Positions 15,518 to 23,410 of a stretch of DNA of 32,000 bases are shown here, piece by piece (the first letter of the stretch is position 1; every line of letters starts with the position of its first letter). The position numbers and the translations under genes were made by a program. Source of the stretch: an uncultured Opitutales bacterium (GTDB taxonomy: Bacteria; Verrucomicrobiota; Verrucomicrobiia; Opitutales; Intestinicryptomonadaceae). The notes beneath the pieces were generated by a model. It was not told the origin of the DNA. It did not search any database and was given only the letters and a program-made list of their open reading frames with translations. The stretch is taken from contig CAKTSY010000001.1 in NCBI GenBank assembly GCA_934613415.1, positions 480,001 through 512,000 of the forward strand, written 5' to 3'.

Positions 15518-16873
15518 ATGATAAAAGACAACCCCGCCATTCAGTTGAAAGACATTAAAGGCGACTTAAAACGCCTTTGGGCATTATTGGGCGAAAAGAT
15601 AAAACTTTTGGCAAACGAGTACGATACGGCAAAAGGCTCGCCCGTATTTACCGTTAAGGGCAAATACACAACCCGCGGCTGGACAGAATGGACGCAGGGC
15701 TTTATGTATGGTATGCCCCTTATACACTACGAAATTACAAAAGACAAATTTTCGCTTAAATATGCAACCGACGGCATATTGAAAAATATGGCGCAGCACG
15801 TTTCGCATATCGGCGTTCACGACCACGGCTTTAACAACGTTTCAACCTACGGCAACCTGCGCAGGCTTATTATAGAAAAAAAGGTAAAGCACGACCAGTG
15901 GCTTTTAAACTTTTGCGAGCTTGCGCTTAAAACAAGCGGGGCTGTTCAGGCGTCGCGCTGGAGCAATTTCGAGCAAAACCCCTACATATATTCTTTTAAC
16001 GGCCCGCAATCGCTTTTTATAGACACAATAAGAAGCTGTAGGGCGTTGGTGCTTGCCCACAAGCTGGGGCATTCGCTTATGGGCGAAAACGACAAAAAAA
16101 TAAGCCTTTTAGAAAGAGCGTGCCAGCACATTTTAACAACAGCAAAATACAATGTTTGGTACGGCACAAACCGCGACTTTTACGATATAAAAGGCAGGGT
16201 TGCGCACGAATCGGTTTTCAACACAAACGACGGCAATTATAGGTGCCCCAATTCGCAGCAGGGCTATTGTGCATTTACAACCTGGACAAGGGGCTTGTCT
16301 TGGGCAATGCTGGGCTTTGCAGAAGAGCTTGAAGCCCTTGGCGAAATTGACGCAAAGGAATTTTCGCCAAAAGCTCCAAAAAAGGCTGTAATGCAAACTA
16401 TGCTAAAAGCAGCCAAGGCAGTTTGCGACTTTTATATTAAATATACGCCAAGCGACGGCATCTGCTATTGGGACACGGGCGCGCCAAATCTATATAAATT
16501 GGGCGACGACTACCTAGACAAACCCGCCCAAATAAAGAACCCCTACGAGCCGGTAGACTCGTCTGCAAGCGCAATAGCGGCACATGGCTTATACAGGCTC
16601 GGCAAATACTTAAAAGACGAAAAATACATAAGGTATGCACTAATTGTTTCGAAGCGTCTTTTAAGCGACGACTATGTTTCGCTAGACAAAAAGCACCAAG
16701 GGCTTTTGTTGCACTCTATATATCACCGCCCCAACAATTGGGACTACGCGCCCGACAAAAACCTTGCCCCCTACGGCGAGTCGAGCATGTGGGGCGACTA
16801 CCACCTTGCAGAACTTGCCCTTTTGCTGCAAAGAGAGCTTGACAGGCAACCATACTACAAATTTTGCATATAA
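15518..16873 (+). CDS. Glycoside hydrolase family 88 (unsaturated glucuronyl hydrolase-like), cytoplasmic
   Basis: Block-wise resemblance to characterised Bacillus UGL: WTEWTQGFMYG (UGL WTDGFWSG), VHDHGF (HHDIGF, catalytic Asp kept), TTWTRGLSWAMLGF (STWTRGQAWGIYGF), CYWD, VDSSASAIAAHGL (RDSSASAITACGL), MWGDYHLAELAL (IWGDYYYLEALL). I place the start at ATG 15518, preceded by ggaaagga, not the track TTG at 15494. Confidence 0.8.
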   Translation: MIKDNPAIQLKDIKGDLKRLWALLGEKIKLLANEYDTAKGSPVFTVKGKYTTRGWTEWTQGFMYGMPLIHYEITKDKFSLKYATDGILKNMAQHVSHIGVHDHGFNNVSTYGNLRRLIIEKKVKHDQWLLNFCELALKTSGAVQASRWSNFEQNPYIYSFNGPQSLFIDTIRSCRALVLAHKLGHSLMGENDKKISLLERACQHILTTAKYNVWYGTNRDFYDIKGRVAHESVFNTNDGNYRCPNSQQGYCAFTTWTRGLSWAMLGFAEELEALGEIDAKEFSPKAPKKAVMQTMLKAAKAVCDFYIKYTPSDGICYWDTGAPNLYKLGDDYLDKPAQIKNPYEPVDSSASAIAAHGLYRLGKYLKDEKYIRYALIVSKRLLSDDYVSLDKKHQGLLLHSIYHRPNNWDYAPDKNLAPYGESSMWGDYHLAELALLLQRELDRQPYYKFCI

Positions 16874-16892
16874 TTAAAAAGCTGTTTTAAAT

Positions 16893-18245
16893 ATGGATAG
16901 AATATTGTCTAAAGATGACCTTTTAAGGGTACAAAACGAGCACAATGTAGTATTGCCCTACAGCGACAACACCGACATTTTGCTTGAACCGTTTAAGAAG
17001 GGCGCGCTTGACTTGCCCAACCGCATTGTTTCTATGCCGATGGAAGGCGTAGACGCCGACCCCGAAAGCGGGGCTGTTACCGATTTTTCGCTAAGAAGGT
17101 ATAGGCGTTTGGCCGAGGGCGGCTCGGGGCTTATTTGGGCGGAAGCCTGCGCCGTTGTGCCCGAAGGCAAGTCTAACCCCAAGCAGTTCTACATTTCAAA
17201 CGACAATATAGGCTCGTATAAAAGGCTTGTAGACGAAACCAAGGCGGCCGCCGTTGCAAAAAACGGCAAAGCCCCCACAATGATTTTGCAGCTTACGCAC
17301 TCGGGCAGGTTTAGCCGTCCCTACGGCGTAAACGCCCCCGTAATAGCGCAGAGAATACCCGACTTGGAAAAAATACAGCCGCTAGACGACAACGCAAAAA
17401 TAATCTCCGACGACGAGCTTGACACTTTGATGGAAAAGTTTGTGCAAGCCGCCCTTTTGGCGGAAAAGGCGGGCTTTGACGGCGTTGATATGAAATCGGT
17501 GCACGCCTACTTGATTGCAGAGCTTTTCAAGGCAAGGTTGCGTTCGGGCAAATACGGCGGCTCGTACGAAAATAGAACCCGCTTTTACAAAGACTGCGTA
17601 AAATATATAAAGCAGGCACTTTCAAAAAAGACTTTTGTATGCACAAGGCTTACGGTTTACGAGCCCTCGCCCTTCCCCTACGGCTGGGGCGTTAAGGAAG
17701 AGGAAGGCTCTATAGAATTCGATATGACAGAGCCTTTAAAACTCATTTCCGAGCTAAAGACAATGGGCATAGATTTGCTTGGCGTTTCCATAGGTTATCC
17801 GCGAACCAGCCCGCACTGGAACAGACCCTACAATATGAATGTTGTGGGAGCCCCAGCCTCGCCCGAACACCCTATTTTGGGCGTAAAGAGGTTTATAGAC
17901 GTAATCGAAAAAATCCAAAAATCGAACCCCGACACTATCGTTGTTTCGGCGGGGACTTCGTGGCTGGGCAAATGCTGCGTTAATGTTGCAGCCGAAATGC
18001 TAAAAAGCAAAATGTGCACATTGGCGGGTTTTGGCCGCGGGCTTTTGGCGTATCCAAACATTCCCAACGACCTAAAACAATTCGGCGAAATAGACGGCAA
18101 AAAATGCTGCATAACGTGCTCGAAATGCTCGCAGATTATGAAAGATTTAAAATCGCGTTCGGGCTGCGTTATGTTCGACTCTAAAGTTTACCTGCCCGAA
18201 TACAGGCAAGGCAGGGAATTTGCAAAATCGAAAGGACTGGCCTAA
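16893..18245 (+). CDS. Old-Yellow-Enzyme-family FMN oxidoreductase with a C-terminal Cys cluster (putative 4Fe-4S), lacking the FAD/NAD(P)H domains of FadH/enoate reductases
   Basis: OYE TIM-barrel blocks are LPNRIVSMPMEG, ILQLTHSGRF, GFDGVDMKSVHAYLIAELF, ENRTRFYKDCV and GFGRGLLAYPNIPNDL. CCITCSKCSQ-x10-C follows (compare CxxCxxxC-x11-C of 2,4-dienoyl-CoA reductase). The ORF ends about 30 aa later. Confidence 0.75.
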   Translation: MDRILSKDDLLRVQNEHNVVLPYSDNTDILLEPFKKGALDLPNRIVSMPMEGVDADPESGAVTDFSLRRYRRLAEGGSGLIWAEACAVVPEGKSNPKQFYISNDNIGSYKRLVDETKAAAVAKNGKAPTMILQLTHSGRFSRPYGVNAPVIAQRIPDLEKIQPLDDNAKIISDDELDTLMEKFVQAALLAEKAGFDGVDMKSVHAYLIAELFKARLRSGKYGGSYENRTRFYKDCVKYIKQALSKKTFVCTRLTVYEPSPFPYGWGVKEEEGSIEFDMTEPLKLISELKTMGIDLLGVSIGYPRTSPHWNRPYNMNVVGAPASPEHPILGVKRFIDVIEKIQKSNPDTIVVSAGTSWLGKCCVNVAAEMLKSKMCTLAGFGRGLLAYPNIPNDLKQFGEIDGKKCCITCSKCSQIMKDLKSRSGCVMFDSKVYLPEYRQGREFAKSKGLA

Positions 18246-18246
18246 T

Positions 18247-19014
18247 ATGAAGGCGCTTATAACGGGCTCTACAAGGGGTATAGGCTTTGGCATTGCAAAA
18301 AACGTTGCAAAGCTAGGCTTTGAAACGGCGTTAAACGGCACAAGAGACATTTCTCTTTGCCAAGACGCAGTGGACGAAATTTCGAAAATTAGCGGCAAAA
18401 AAGCGCACTATATTCAAGGCAGCATTGCCGAGAAAGCTTCGCGCGCAGATATTGTAGAAAAAACAATAAGGGAAATAGGTGTACCGAACCTGCTTGTAAA
18501 CAATGCAGGAGTAGCCCCAAAAGTCCGCGCCGATATGCTGGAAATGACCGAGGAAAATTTCGACTGGCTTTTAAACACAAATTTAAAGGGAACCTTTTTT
18601 CTTACCCAGGCGTTTGCAAATGCAATGATTGCCGAAAAGCAAAAGAACCCCGACTTTAAGGCAAACATAATAATTGTAAGCTCGGTTTCGGCGCAGGTAA
18701 TTTCCGAAAACCGCGCCGACTATTGCATAGCAAAAACGGGGCTTTCTATGGCAGTGCAGCTTTTCGCCTCGCGCTTGGGCCAATACGGCATAGGAGTGTT
18801 CGAAATACGCCCCGGCGTAATTAAAACCGATATGACAAAGTGCGTAACCGAAAAGTACGACCGCCTTATTTCGGAAGGTCTTTGCGTTACAAAACGCTGG
18901 GGATTTCCCGACGATATAGGCAAGGTTGCGGCGGCAATCGCCCGCGGCGACTTCGACTACAGCACCGGACAAATATTTAAGGTAGACGGAGGCATGACCA
19001 TTCAAAAACTTTAG
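18247..19014 (+). CDS. Short-chain dehydrogenase/reductase (classical SDR, FabG/KduD-like)
   Basis: TGSTRGIGFGIA cofactor motif, NNAG, catalytic S..YCIAK, and PG motif IRPGVIKTDM. I place the start at ATG 18247, 1 nt after the OYE stop, rather than the track start at 18220. Confidence 0.85.
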   Translation: MKALITGSTRGIGFGIAKNVAKLGFETALNGTRDISLCQDAVDEISKISGKKAHYIQGSIAEKASRADIVEKTIREIGVPNLLVNNAGVAPKVRADMLEMTEENFDWLLNTNLKGTFFLTQAFANAMIAEKQKNPDFKANIIIVSSVSAQVISENRADYCIAKTGLSMAVQLFASRLGQYGIGVFEIRPGVIKTDMTKCVTEKYDRLISEGLCVTKRWGFPDDIGKVAAAIARGDFDYSTGQIFKVDGGMTIQKL

Positions 19015-19040
19015 AATTTTTAGGAGGAACCAAAAAAAAA

Positions 19041-20336
19041 ATGGAAATCAGCAGAAGAAACTTCATAAAAACCACGGCAGGCTGCGCAATGGCGGCAATG
19101 TCGTACAAGGCATTTGCGCAGTCGCAAAACAAGCCAAACATTGCGCTTATAGGCTTGGGCGTTATAGGCAAGGTAAACTATAAAATATTTAGCCAACTAC
19201 CCTGCAACATTGTAGCCATTTGCGACATTAACCCCGCGGTTACCGCAAAGATAGAATCTGCACAGAAAATCCCCTTCTTTACGTCGTATAAGGAAATGTT
19301 TTCCAAGATGGGCGACAAGATAGACGGCGTTGTAATCTCTACCCCCGACCACCAGCATTTCCCCATAGCAAAATATGCAATTTCGCAAAAAAAGCATGTT
19401 TATCTCGAAAAGCCAATGTGCCGCGTTTTAGACGAGGTAAAAGCATTGAAACAGCTTGCGACCGAAAACCCCAAGCTTTGCCTGCAGCTTGGCATACAGT
19501 CGCACTCTAGAAAGGGCATTAGAATTTGCTCGCACGTAATACGCAAGGGCATTTTGGGCGACGTAAAAAGGGTTATTGCAATAAGGTCTAAATCATGGGC
19601 GGGTTGCGCAATGCAAAGCTACTACCCAGAAGAACCAATACCGCAGGGGCTAGACTGGAAAGGCTGGCTCGGCGAAAATGCGGAGTATATCCCCTATAAC
19701 CATAAATATGTAGACCAGTTTTGGAGGCCTTTCTGGCGTTTTTCGAACGGAGCTATAGGCGACATTTCTTCGCACATACTAGACATACCATTTTACGCAT
19801 TAGAGCTTGAAGGGCCTTTCAGCGCAATTTGCGTAAACCAAGTTGGAGGCAACGAAATCTCCATACCAATGTGCGACCACATCAGAATGTTTGCCAACAG
19901 CAAATTCCAGAAAAACAGCCCCGTTCAGATAGACTGGTACGCAGGCTTTAAGAACGTAAAACCCGGCGAAAAATACTACGAAGAAATCCAGAAAAATCTT
20001 TTGCCCATAATTCCCGACGACATAGATTTGCCATTCAACCGCCTATGCGGAGATGGCCAAATTATTATAGGAACCAAAGGTGTTCTTTATTCGCCTGCTA
20101 TGCACTTGGGCGGCAAACCGGTGTTGCTGCCGCGCAAATTCGGCAAAAAATACGCCGAAGAATTGAACCACGAATTCGGCGAAAAGATAGAAAAAGACAG
20201 CCACCACCTAAATTGGCTTAACGCAATTTGCGGCAAGGCAAAGCTTTCGGCCCCGTTCGAATACGGGACGGAGCTTACAACGCTTGTTCTTACGGCGGCA
20301 AAGGCATTGAAAGACAAAGTAGGCGCAAAGGCGTAA
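19041..20336 (+). CDS. Tat-exported Gfo/Idh/MocA-family oxidoreductase
   Basis: Twin-arginine signal (MEISRRNFIKTTAGCAMAAMSYKAFA-Q), Rossmann motif IALIGLGVIG, and the family EKP motif (HVYLEKPM). A strong SD aggagg lies upstream. Confidence 0.85.
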   Translation: MEISRRNFIKTTAGCAMAAMSYKAFAQSQNKPNIALIGLGVIGKVNYKIFSQLPCNIVAICDINPAVTAKIESAQKIPFFTSYKEMFSKMGDKIDGVVISTPDHQHFPIAKYAISQKKHVYLEKPMCRVLDEVKALKQLATENPKLCLQLGIQSHSRKGIRICSHVIRKGILGDVKRVIAIRSKSWAGCAMQSYYPEEPIPQGLDWKGWLGENAEYIPYNHKYVDQFWRPFWRFSNGAIGDISSHILDIPFYALELEGPFSAICVNQVGGNEISIPMCDHIRMFANSKFQKNSPVQIDWYAGFKNVKPGEKYYEEIQKNLLPIIPDDIDLPFNRLCGDGQIIIGTKGVLYSPAMHLGGKPVLLPRKFGKKYAEELNHEFGEKIEKDSHHLNWLNAICGKAKLSAPFEYGTELTTLVLTAAKALKDKVGAKA

Positions 20337-20360
20337 AAAATCTTAGCTTATAAAGCACAA

Positions 20361-20396
20361 AAGCCCTTCCTGATTTTGGAAGGGCTTTTTGTTTTG
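20361..20396. terminator. Bidirectional rho-independent terminator between the operon (+) and the acyltransferase gene (-)
   Basis: Stem aagcccttcc (20361-20370) pairs with ggaagggctt (20378-20387) around a 7-nt loop, followed by tttttgtttt. An A-rich run lies on the other side. Confidence 0.75.
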
Positions 20397-20411
20397 CAAA
20401 AAATACGCCTG

Positions 20412-21794
20412 CTACTCTTTTAGGCCGCAAAACAAAAGCATTTTTTCTATTTTGCCGTACAAGGGCAAATCGCGATCGCTTTCGCTTAAAACAAACGGGC
20501 ATTTCAGCTTTTTATTTTTTGCCGTTTTAGAAATGCCAACGGTAACAAAAGCCCCAATAACCCAAGTTTCGAAATCGCTTTTACCGCTTGTATCGAACAC
20601 AAAATGCACATCGGGAAAAGTATCGCGCAAGGCAAAAAGCCCCTTGTAATACCTCACAATGCCGCCGCGTTTTTCTGGCATTTTAATTAGGTCGAATTTT
20701 ATTTTTGCGTCTTTTAAGGCGTAGTATACTCCACTTCGGCACAAAAGAACAATGTCGGCATCGCGGCGCGAATTATACATTTTTTCGACAAGCGGCAAAA
20801 GAGCTGTTGCATCGCTCGCGCTGTCGGGCATTGTAACAAAATATTTTAGCTTGCGCGGATATACGCCGTTGAACTTTTCGGGCAATGTATAGTCTAGCAA
20901 ATCTTTAGAATGCTTTAGGTTTAAACATTCGCCTACGTTGCGCTTGCACTTCCACCTATTGTGCAGCCAAAGCCAGTCTTCGGCTGTGCTTAAATCGGCT
21001 TTCATATGCGATTCTAGCCATAGGTTCGACTGTTTTACAACGTCTTCAACTTCGGTTGCGTTTAAAAATTCGCCGTCTATGGTTGCCTGCATAAAGCCCG
21101 TGCGGTGCGCGTAAAATATGGCGCAGTCGGCGTTGCTTTTTTTAACAAGCATTCCGGCCAAGTGCGAGGTATAGCAAACCATATCAAAAAACCAGGTTAA
21201 ATAGCCTGCAGTTAGCGGGTTTTGGTCGAACAAAACCGCCATACAGCCGTTTTCACCCAAAATTTCAAACGCCTTGCCAAATCCGTTTCGCCTTGAAATT
21301 AAATTTATGCCAAAGCGCGAGCGGCTTTTTTTAATCCACTTTTCAAGCCCCGCCGAATTAAACGGACGGTAAAACACGCCTGTTTTTGGGGTTTTGCCGC
21401 TATGCAAAACGGGCAGCATGGTAATTGCCTCCATCATGCAAAAATGGGGAACTAGCAAAACCAGCGGCTTCGGATTTTCGGCATATTTTTTAAGGTTTTG
21501 CACAACCATATCCGAAAGCTTAAACCTTTTGCGCAGCTCGCTGTCGGACAAATACGGGCTTGCCAAAACAAACAACGCCATTTCAACCGTTCTTGCCGAC
21601 GACTCTTTCGCAATTGCCTTTACCTTTTTAAAGGGTATGTGCGGGAAACACTTTTTTATGTTAGAATATAAAACGCGTTTGCGGCGCGGCATAAACACGC
21701 AAATAAACTCCGCCGAAAACAGGCACAAACCCCTTAATATAAAATCGGGCGTTAACGCAAAAATTCTTCCCAATGCCGACAATATAAAATTCAT
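20412..21794 (-). CDS. LpxL/HtrB-family lipid A (Kdo2-lipid IVA-type) late acyltransferase fused to a C-terminal segment resembling the N-terminal half of a GT9 heptosyltransferase
   Basis: The N-terminal ~300 aa match the Lip_A_acyltrans layout (MPRRKRVLYSNIKKCFP, LLVPHFCMMEAITM with H-x4-E, GVFYRPFNS, MAVLFDQNP). The C-terminal ~150 aa read like a GT9 N-domain (KYFVTMPDSASDATALLPLVEKMYNSRRDADIVLLC..DVHFVFDTSGKSDF). I prefer ATG 21794; the track GTG at 21926 would overlap the divergent gene. Confidence 0.6.
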   Translation of the reverse strand: MNFILSALGRIFALTPDFILRGLCLFSAEFICVFMPRRKRVLYSNIKKCFPHIPFKKVKAIAKESSARTVEMALFVLASPYLSDSELRKRFKLSDMVVQNLKKYAENPKPLVLLVPHFCMMEAITMLPVLHSGKTPKTGVFYRPFNSAGLEKWIKKSRSRFGINLISRRNGFGKAFEILGENGCMAVLFDQNPLTAGYLTWFFDMVCYTSHLAGMLVKKSNADCAIFYAHRTGFMQATIDGEFLNATEVEDVVKQSNLWLESHMKADLSTAEDWLWLHNRWKCKRNVGECLNLKHSKDLLDYTLPEKFNGVYPRKLKYFVTMPDSASDATALLPLVEKMYNSRRDADIVLLCRSGVYYALKDAKIKFDLIKMPEKRGGIVRYYKGLFALRDTFPDVHFVFDTSGKSDFETWVIGAFVTVGISKTAKNKKLKCPFVLSESDRDLPLYGKIEKMLLFCGLKE

Positions 21795-21856
21795 ACGCAC
21801 ATAAATTTCCCCGAAAAGCCGAGGCAAGTCAAGCAATCTAAAAAAATCGGGCACAA

Positions 21857-23350
21857 ATGCGCGCAACTGGTGTCTTAGCAAATATGGGTTTTTTAAGAAA
21901 ATTCTTGGCGGCAAGTTTTGCGGCACTTAGCGTGTTCTTTGCGCTAAAGGCTATGCTTGGCAAAAAACCCGAAGCAACAAACGCGACAAATTCGGCAAAC
22001 TGGGGCAATTTTAGCGAGGCAAACGAAAAGGATATGCCCGTATTTTTCCGTACCGAAAATATCGGCGATATAGACGACACCTCTAAACAGATTATTTCCG
22101 AAAATTTTGTATCTACAACAATAGACGAATTTGGCGCAGACTATAGGGCGTTGCAGTGCGCGGCGAAAAACGGCGGACTAAACGACAACCTTGCCTACGG
22201 TGTTTTAACCCCAAAAATGCTGCCGATATTTTTAAGCGGCCGCCTTGGCGGCTACGACACCTTTTTTGCGCCCTCTTTAAAAACCGCCCTTTCGGGCACG
22301 CTAAACGCCTATAAAACAAACAAAAAGCATTTCGACAAGCTTCCAAAACGAATATTTTTTGACCGAAATTTTACGGAGCTAAGCCCCTTTAAAGACGATT
22401 CAACCGCGCTGTTTTCGTTCTTTATGTCGGGGCAAACAAGCGGCAAATATCAGGCAGCGGTTTTGGCAAACGCGGCAAAAGCGGCGTTTAGAACGGCGGT
22501 TTTAGACGCAAGCAACCCGTTTTGCACACAAAGCGCGCTTTTAGCAAAATCGCAGCTGTTAAACGGCTTTGTTTTAAAAAGCGAAAACTTTATAGAACAC
22601 GCCCAATACGCCCTTGCCATAGGCGAATTTGCAATACTGTTCAACTCGCAACCTGCGCGCGATATGTTTATGCGCTTTGCCGAAAGGTGCTCGTCTTTTA
22701 TAGATGAAACCGGCGTTTTTACCCCGCCCGAAAGTAAAAACCTTGTTGCCGAAAACGCCTTGGCCTTAAGCGTGCAGGCAACGGCATATAAACTTGGCGG
22801 CGGCGAAAAATACGCAAATTTTGTAAAAACGCTTTCGCGCAATATTTCGCAAAAATGCCAGTTTAATTCGCTTAAAACAAATTTTAGCAGCAAAACTTTT
22901 GCGGGGGCAAACGAATATGCTCTGTGCGCAAGAGCGTTGACAGACGCCGCCATAGCATTAAAAAGCAAAGAGCTTTTGCAAGACGCTTTAAAGGTCTTAG
23001 ACAAGGGCGACACTCTTTTTCTTTCTAACAACGCCCTTTGGCTAGAGCTTTCCGAAAAATCGCCCCTTTACAAGGTTTTAAACGCCTACATTTGCACCGA
23101 CAGCACAACGCCCTCTACAAACGGGCTTTTGCGTCAGGTTTTAGCCGACATAAAAAGGCTTTCGGGCGGCGATGCCTATGCCGAGCGTTTGGCAAAAACC
23201 CAATTCCTTTGCAGGCAGGATTTCTTCGGCAAAAGCCGCAATTCAGACTTTAGCGCAATGCTTTCGCAATATCCCAATCCGCTGGGGCTAAACAGGCTTG
23301 TTATGCCGCCCGAAAGCGCGGTTGTTTCGGTATCGAATTTTGAAAAATAA
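21857..23350 (+). CDS. Membrane-anchored Ala/Leu-rich protein; possible degenerate DUF255 (YyaL-like thioredoxin-fold + alpha/alpha-barrel) relative lacking CxxC
   Basis: N-terminal TM helix (FLRKFLAASFAALSVFFALKAML). There is weak by-eye similarity to the DUF255 N-domain (W.NFSEANEKDMPVFF, SENFVSTTID, VLTPKMLPIF) but no Cys pair. The rest is helical and Ala-rich. Coding status is solid (497 codons); the family call is tentative. Confidence 0.35.
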   Translation: MRATGVLANMGFLRKFLAASFAALSVFFALKAMLGKKPEATNATNSANWGNFSEANEKDMPVFFRTENIGDIDDTSKQIISENFVSTTIDEFGADYRALQCAAKNGGLNDNLAYGVLTPKMLPIFLSGRLGGYDTFFAPSLKTALSGTLNAYKTNKKHFDKLPKRIFFDRNFTELSPFKDDSTALFSFFMSGQTSGKYQAAVLANAAKAAFRTAVLDASNPFCTQSALLAKSQLLNGFVLKSENFIEHAQYALAIGEFAILFNSQPARDMFMRFAERCSSFIDETGVFTPPESKNLVAENALALSVQATAYKLGGGEKYANFVKTLSRNISQKCQFNSLKTNFSSKTFAGANEYALCARALTDAAIALKSKELLQDALKVLDKGDTLFLSNNALWLELSEKSPLYKVLNAYICTDSTTPSTNGLLRQVLADIKRLSGGDAYAERLAKTQFLCRQDFFGKSRNSDFSAMLSQYPNPLGLNRLVMPPESAVVSVSNFEK

Positions 23351-23371
23351 ATATTGCCTATCGGGCAAAAC

Positions 23372-23400
23372 TTGTATTTTATTGGGCAGATAACTATATA
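23372..23400 (+). promoter_or_regulatory. Sigma-70-like promoter candidate for the secG operon
   Basis: TTGTAT (23372-23377), a 17-nt spacer, then TATATA (23395-23400). ATG 23411 is 10 nt downstream and no SD is visible. Confidence 0.35.
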
Positions 23401-23410
23401 ATATATAAAT

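Noticed and set aside
21795-21926. Track start (GTG 21926) for the acyltransferase fusion, adding 44 N-terminal residues
   Set aside because: The extension would overlap the divergent 21857 gene and its promoter region, and it precedes the point where LpxL-family similarity begins. The internal ATG at 21794 gives a typical N-terminal TM segment. The longer form is not strictly excluded.
22450-23031. 193-aa minus-strand ORF inside the 21857-23350 gene
   Set aside because: It is antisense to a much longer (497-codon) ORF. The Ala-rich sense gene naturally produces open antisense frames, and there are no independent start signals.
23354-23368. Short hairpin ttgcc-tatcg-ggcaa after the 21857-23350 gene, considered as a possible terminator
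   Set aside because: The stem is only 5 bp and no proper T-run follows directly, which is too weak to call.
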